From contig NC_068998.1 of the NCBI RefSeq assembly GCF_001194135.2, forward strand, positions 37,716,889 through 37,776,533: a stretch of DNA of 59,645 nt, in the 5' to 3' direction. The notes beneath the pieces are model-generated. The model worked only from the letters and a program-made list of their open reading frames with translations. It was not told the origin of the DNA and made no database searches. The DNA is from Octopus bimaculoides. Taxonomy: Eukaryota. This document shows positions 52,239 through 59,645 of the stretch, one piece after another. The translations under genes and the position numbers were made by a program. Numbering within the stretch: the stretch's first letter is position 1; each line of letters opens with the position of its first letter.

Positions 52239-52755
52239 GACAGACAGACAGACAAATGAGTATATACATACATAATGACGAAGTAAGTTTCATATGTCAC
52301 AGTGCCTGGAACTCGATATAATGAATACAAAGTTAATTTATCTCTTGCACAGAATTATAAAAATCTGTTAAACTGTGTTATTAATAGTGTAAAAGACACT
52401 TAGAATGGCTAAGTATTTATCGTCAAACAGGTCCGACACCGTTCAATCATACAGTTTCAATTACTCAATAGAATGGTTTGCATACTTGCGCAAAACTATT
52501 CGTAACATGGATTAACTGGCTTCTTTAATTCCATGATATACACACATACATATATGCGTGCATCTGTGTTTAAGCATTGATATGTATACATACGAAGCTG
52601 GGTAGTGAGCTGGCAGAATACGTATATTTGTATATACAAACCTACATGCATATATACATACATATACCATTTGAGTAGACATTACTGATGATGCCTACAA
52701 AATAGAAGAAACTAGTCTAGCCTAGTGATTCTAGAGATGGTCATGGGGCACTTAC

Positions 52756-52797
52756 CTCTTCTGTCAGTGTATATATTTTGCGCTCTTCTTCCGGCAT
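52756..52797 (-). CDS. Candidate first coding exon (MPEEERKIYTLTEE), product unknown
   Basis: ATG with A at -3 and an in-frame upstream stop; ends at a perfect AG/GTAAGT donor (52755-52750). No partner coding exon identified. Confidence 0.25.
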
Positions 52798-52924
52798 TAT
52801 GAGCTTTTAACTCTTATTTCTAGCAATGTAGCTGCTTCAATCCCCTCACTCACATTTAGGGACGATTAAAGTTTTCCTTTATGGTATTACATTGCACCTA
52901 GCAGTTTATATTAATTTTTAGTGT

Positions 52925-52955
<31 letters not shown>

Positions 52956-53030
52956 AATGAGAGATAAATATAAGCATATATCCATACATATATGTACATA
53001 TCTACATGTATATGTATATATACATGCATA

Positions 53031-53345
53031 TATGGGTACAGGACATCATAAAAACATTAAACACAATGAGGAATGGAAACATAAAAACGAAAACATAGAA
53101 AACGAACTTTTTTTCGAACAACGAAAAAAACAAAAAAAGAGAAACGAGACATGCAACATAAAGAATATACCCCTTCGTCAGTTGTCCCTGTTTCATATAC
53201 TCCGCGTTTCGAAGGCAAGGACAATACGCGACTTCGTTGAAACAGTCCTTCCCGCAAAGCAAATTAAATAAAATTTGGGATTTTTTGCGGAGGGTGAAAG
53301 TGTTAACAAGACCAGGACAGTGAGAACAAGACAGTAAAAACAAAC
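53031..53345 (-). mobile_element. Probable non-autonomous repeat carrying a hammerhead-like motif
   Basis: Ends in a (TA)-rich tract on its 3' side like the 38479-38640 repeat, contains the motif below, and has an inverted partial copy at 53384-53405. It is single-copy in this window, so repeat status is inferred. Confidence 0.5.
53170..53231 (-). ncRNA. Hammerhead ribozyme candidate, non-circularly permuted strand order
   Basis: Minus strand: tCGCG-UA / UUGUCCUU-GCCUUC-GAAA-CGCGg-(linker)-AGGGACAA-CUGACGA-A-GGGG. Stem I is 8 bp, stem III 5 bp plus a wobble, stem II 4 bp with two G-U pairs. Confidence 0.6.
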
Positions 53346-53757
53346 GGTGAGGACTGTTGAGCCAAGACGAATATACATATATTCGTATTGTCCTTGCCTT
53401 CGAAAAGACAATACGACTTATGTAATTTGCATAATATGACTTATGTAATTTGCATAATTTAAACGAAAACGGCTAAGAGAAGCGAACTCAAATTGGCCAT
53501 TAGCAAGCATTCGAACAACATAATGAAATAGAGTTTTCCCGCTAAGGAAATTCAATTAAATAATATATTCTGTGTAGCAATTTAATACACACCCAGCAAC
53601 TACTTTATGTAAATGCATGTCACTGTCTACTTTGAGTTATTTTCTCTTAGCTTCTTACTGTTTTAATCTTGCAGATTAGATATGGCATAGAATATGCTAA
53701 ACTGTTTTTATATATGTTGAATTTTCTACATGTCTTTCAAGACGAGAAGCACCACAC

Positions 53758-53797
53758 TATGCTGATGAGGGCAAGGCTAGGCTGAAATGCATCTGTA
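53758..53797 (+). ncRNA. Minimal type I hammerhead-like motif (degenerate stems)
   Basis: TATG-CTGATGA-GGGCAAGGCTAGGCT-GAAA-TGC-ATC-TGTA: intact core, palindromic stem III (ATGCAT), weak stems I and II. Confidence 0.45.
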
Positions 53798-53982
53798 CTT
53801 GCCCTTTCCATTTGAAACAAAGATCAATATATATATATCTTTTCTTGAGAACGTTAAAGCTTTCTAAATATCTTGAAATTATTTCCACTTACTAACATCT
53901 ACATCTAAGTTTTCCTTCTCTTTCAGTGAAATAAACTGCAATATGTTTAACCATTTCTCGCGTGCAGCATTCAATGTGTGTA

Positions 53983-54054
<72 letters not shown>

Positions 54055-54149
54055 TATGTAAGTATAAATATATGTATATGCATGTATATGTGTACGTTTT
54101 CATTTCCCCTTAGCAAGATTGCGAACGAAAGCATCTTGTATTCCATCAT

Positions 54150-54700
54150 CCTTTAAATCTCTCGAACGTCTTGCAAATTTGTATCGTCCCAGATGTCATG
54201 ATCTGTACAAGGAGTTGCATTCCTTTCCCAAGAATCCAACTTCAGCCATGATATGCACCACTTAGGTTGGTACGTACCCTGTTGCTCCAATAATAATAGG
54301 TATTAATCTAAACGTGTATCTTGAGTACTGGATTTGCAAACAAACTATCAATGTCCATGGACATTCTCTTCTTCCTGTATTTTTCTGATCACATTAGTGT
54401 TGCAAGCAGCCGGTTTCTATAACAGAGCGTATTTTATTCATGTAGTACTACACGACAATATCTGGCTGGTTGTGTTTTAAGGTGGTGGCTGTTTTAATTT
54501 TTAAGTTTCACTAATATTCTTTTGACCCGTCGGTATCAGAATTGTTAAGTTTATCTGTTGGCAATTTCCTAGCTCTTATTTTGTTCCATTTTGTTCTGGC
54601 ACCGCATCATGCCTCATGGGAAGATGAAATCTATACGGCATTGTCTCGCAGTTGGCAATAATGTAGTTTATAGCTTCAATTTTAATTTTGCACATACATA
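54150..54700 (-). mobile_element. Old RLE-LINE C-terminal fragment (zinc knuckle remnant and restriction-like endonuclease)
   Basis: CKIKIEAINYIIANCETMPYRFHLPMRHD, HNQPDIVV*YYMNKIRSVIETGC, FRLIPIIIGATGYV, GTIQICKTF. Confidence 0.78.
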
Positions 54701-54790
54701 CATACATACATACGTGCGTACACACACACGCACGCATACACACACACGCATACATACATACATACATACATACATACATACATACATACA

Positions 54791-55205
54791 TACATACATA
54801 CAGAAATTTGCAGTTACTCTATCCAGATTACAAATTCAGGTTAATACCTGTAATTATTGGGATACGTAACACACTACCTAAATACCTATCTTGAAAACTT
54901 AGTCTTCTCAAAACCAGAAAGGAGAAAGCTGATACGAAGACTTCAGATCCAATCCATCACTGGAACAAAAAATCTGCAAGGCTTTCCAGTAGTTTATCAT
55001 TTAAGTATATATGAACATGTCTAGACATGCAACTATATGCATAAGAAGACTTACATAAAACAAAACATACAAATCTTCACATACATACATATATACTAAA
55101 ATACTCTGTTGATGTTGTTGAAATTCGAATGAAGGAGCCTTGGATCTAGGTTAGAAACCAGCTCTTTCGCTATTGGCAAGAAATCTTGAAATAAAACTGA
55201 ACAAT
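54791..55205 (+). mobile_element. 3' end of an RLE-LINE with 3' UTR
   Basis: NLQLLYPDYKFRLIPVIIG...KPERRKLIRRLQIQSITGT; UTR ends AAATAAAACTGAA before (CATA)n. Confidence 0.8.
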
Positions 55206-55583
55206 GACATACATACATACACACATTCATGCATATATACATACATGCATGTATGTATGTATGTACGTATGTATGTATGTATGTATGTATGCATGTATGT
55301 ATGTATGTATGTATGTATGTATGTATGTTTTTTCTGTTTTTTAATTATTATAAACCTTCAACTGGGAAGGGAGCCGGTTTCCAACAAAGATGCAAGGCTC
55401 CATCTTTAAGATGTAGTTAGCACAGACAAATTCACATTTAGAACATGAGAAAAGTCTTGCATATTTTTACTGTTCCACTCACAAGTTGGACTCGTAATAT
55501 ACGAATCAGCCATGTATGTATGTATGTATGTACGTACGTATGTATGTATGTATGTATGTAGGTAGGTAGGTATGTATGTACTT

Positions 55584-55920
55584 ATTCAGTTTTATTTCAA
55601 CATTTCTTGCCAATAGAGAAAGAACCGGGTTTCCTTCATTCAGGCTTCCTTCATTCGAATTTCACCAACAACAGGGTATTTTTACAGGTATGTCTATATA
55701 TGGGCAGCATTTGGAATCTGTGCATGTGAAGATTTGTATGTTTTGCTTTATGTACGTATGTATTCTCACGCATATAATTGCATGTCTAGACATGTGCATA
55801 TATACTTAAATGATGAACTCCTGGGGTGCTTTACAAATTTCTATAGTTCAAGCGATGGCTTGTATCTAGTTTTCGAATCAGCTTTCTCCTTTCTGATTTT
55901 GAGAAGCCTAATTTCTTGTA
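55584..55920 (-). mobile_element. Second copy of the same RLE-LINE 3' end, inverted
   Basis: Reverse complement aligns with ~54895-55205 (GGCTTCTCAAAA...GAAAGGAGAAAGCTGAT, CATTTAAGTATATATG.ACATGTCTAGACATGCAA). Confidence 0.82.
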
Positions 55921-56521
55921 AGTATGTATTCATGTATGTATGTATGTATGTATGTATGTATGTATGTATGTATTGCTGGTCATGACATATAACTCGTCAG
56001 AATGCTACCATCAGTTTGTGTTGAATATCGCCACTAGACAATGTTCACGACTGTTCAGACGTGGTGGCCGGAAGTGCATAGCCTCTTCAGCGACGGAGGT
56101 GTAAATGTATGTATGTGTGTATGAGTATACATACATATATATATATATACATGCATGTGTGTGTGTGTAGGCGAGAGAGAGAGAGAGAGAGGGAGAAGGA
56201 GAGGGCGAGTGATTGAAATAATACTTTAAACACTTTATATATGCTTCATAGAATTATTGTTAAACATCTTTAGATGAATTAGAAACCTAGACACTATAAT
56301 TTCTTCTATATTCTTCTCTTTTCTTTCTTTCCCTTTTCTTTGTACATGTTTTCACATTGATCTTCCATTATACGTTGTATAAAGTTCAAATGGTATTTCG
56401 GCATGAAAAATGACCTTTGCAAAGTTTAAAGAATGATAAGAACAAAATATAATTCTATCGTAACGAAATCTTCGATGTCCTGAAAATGCCATTTCTGCTG
56501 CAAAATATGTCCCTTAGCCAT

Positions 56522-57690
<1,169 letters not shown>

Positions 57691-57691
57691 C

Positions 57692-58049
57692 ACACTCATA
57701 CCTCGGTACTACGGACTAAAGGGGAGGGAATATCAGTCGGATGAAGCCTATTGTCCGTAGCTACCGACACTAAGGTTAGGTTACGTTAGGAGTGGCTAAT
57801 ATCAACAATTACATTATGAAAGACAGATGAATAAATACAGCACTGTACTTTTAATCTAGCACACTATCCAATCCGACGGTGTAAAATACCTGTCCACTGT
57901 AAATATACACCATAATACAGTAAATTCAACATTTTAAATTCAAAATCAGACTTAGCATGGGTTGTGAAAAGGTGTTTTTGACGTGCCATGATTTGTCCGC
58001 TGCTTCCGAAATCCGTTAAAGGGAGGTCCGTAGTACCAAAGTATGAGTG

Positions 58050-58050
<1 letters not shown>
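57692..58050. mobile_element. MITE (~359 bp) with 25-bp inverted termini
   Basis: ACACTCATACCTCGGTACTACGGAC (57692-57716) versus the reverse complement of 58026-58050: 23/25 identical. Confidence 0.85.
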
Positions 58051-58081
<31 letters not shown>

Positions 58082-58147
58082 TGTATGTATGCATGCATGT
58101 ATGTATGTATGCATGCATGCATGTATGTATATATGTATGTAGTATGC

Positions 58148-58178
<31 letters not shown>

Positions 58179-58179
<1 letters not shown>

Positions 58180-58330
58180 ACGTCGGGCTTCTTTCAGTTT
58201 CTGTAACCAAATCCACTCACAAGGCTTAGGTCGAGCCAAGGCTATAATAGTATAAGACACTTGCCCAAGGTGCCACACAGTGGGACGGAACCTGGAAGCA
58301 TGTGGTTAGGAAACAAACTTCTCAACCATT
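58179..58330 (-). mobile_element. Head half of a family-F SINE adjoining a microsatellite
   Basis: Matches 58835-58987. Confidence 0.83.
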
Positions 58331-58555
58331 TGCTCTCCCTCGAAGAGGGTGTGTAAGCAAATATTGACCATTATTTACCGAGCGACATCATCCTAAGAAT
58401 CAAGAATTTATCCAGAAATGACATGCCATTCAAGACAAAGCCGTTTGTTTTTCCACGTGCTTATTTTTCCTAACGTGGCTGTTGCCCGCAGTGGATGTCA
58501 TCAGCTTAGCATTTCTCCTTCTTCGACTCCAGTGAAATAGAAGACCTAGACATAG

Positions 58556-58799
58556 CTCTTACTCTTTTACTTCTTTTATTCATTTGACTGCGGCCATGCT
58601 GGGGCACTTCCTTGAAGGAATTTTAGTCGAACAAATCGACCCCAAGAAATATTTTTTTGAAAGCCTGGTACTTATTCTAATGGTTCCTTTGCCGGACCGC
58701 TAAGTTACGACGGCGCAAACACACCAACACCGGTTGTTAAGCGATGGTGGGAGGACAAACTCAGACGCAGATACACGCATAGATGTGCGCGCGCGCACA

Positions 58800-58836
<37 letters not shown>

Positions 58837-58987
58837 CGGTTCCCGTTTCCGTCAATCAAATCCACTGAGAAGTCTTTGGCCTGCCCGAGGCTATAGTAGA
58901 AGACACCTGCCCAAGGTGCCATGCAGTGGAACTGAACCCGGAACCATGAAGTTGGGAAGCAAGCTTCTTACCGCAACACCATGCCTG
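58556..58987 (-). mobile_element. Complete bipartite family-F SINE
   Basis: tRNA-like head with CORE-like GGCACCTTGGGCAGGTGTCTTCTAC, internal (GT)/(GC) microsatellite ~58770-58833, and a 3' module ending GTAAAAGAGTAAGAG. Confidence 0.87.
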
Positions 58988-59112
58988 ATATAAAAAGTAA
59001 GAGTAGGGAACATTTATAATTAAAGCAAAGATGAGGAAAAGAAAAATGTCAGCGTGACCAATGACATGAACCGGTATGTTTGTATGTGCGCACGCGTTTG
59101 CGTGCGTGCGTG

Positions 59113-59188
<76 letters not shown>

Positions 59189-59355
59189 GAAGAGAGAGAA
59201 ACAGAGAGAAACAGAGAGAAAAACAGAGAGAGAGAGAAACAGAGAGAGAAAAACAGAGAGAGAAACAGAGAGAGAGAAACAGAGAGAGAGAGAAACACAG
59301 AGAGTGAGAGAGTAAGAGTGGGGTTATGATCTTCTCTATGTCTGCCTTCGCTTTA

Positions 59356-59420
59356 ACGTCAGAAAAAAATATGACGGCAGAAAAAATATGACGTCAGAAA
59401 AAATATGACGTCAGAAAATA
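59356..59420. repeat. 17-bp minisatellite (GTCAGAAAAAATATGAC, about 3.5 units)
   Basis: Unit junctions create TGACGTCA at 59389-59396 and 59406-59413. Confidence 0.9.
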
Positions 59421-59534
59421 CAAAATGATATTTAAGTGACATAACTTAGCGCTGCGACGATAAAAGAATGTTGAAATGAGTACAATAATAACAATAAGTG
59501 CTTGATCGATATGGTCAACTACAGTCATAGATAG

Positions 59535-59599
<65 letters not shown>

Positions 59600-59608
59600 C
59601 ATACATAC

Positions 59609-59645
<37 letters not shown>

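Overview
This is AT-rich, repeat-saturated animal genomic DNA with about 6.4 kb (~11%) of N gaps. The microsatellite load and SINE repertoire look like a coleoid cephalopod, probably Octopus (inference; no database search). No intact protein-coding gene is evident, and nearly all long ORFs in the track are microsatellite or N-gap artefacts. The recognisable content is fossil mobile DNA: two mariner DD34D elements (one full length, with both TIRs and a TA TSD), a pogo/Tigger remnant, a Chapaev-like transposase 3' end, R4/Dong-like and other RLE-type LINE fragments, a Tx1/L1-like LINE 3' end, three MITEs, and roughly 40 copies or fragments of at least five tRNA-derived SINE families. The most interesting signal is three hammerhead-ribozyme-like motifs. 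The one at 53170-53231 (minus strand) has all catalytic core strands and three formable helices in a non-circularly permuted order. Also notable are an 82-bp spacerless palindrome, an in-frame LINE-RT/DNA-transposase chimera, a SINE tail matching the Tx1-like LINE 3' end, and two weak first-exon candidates. All family names rest on recalled motif knowledge and need Dfam/Repbase/Pfam/Rfam confirmation.
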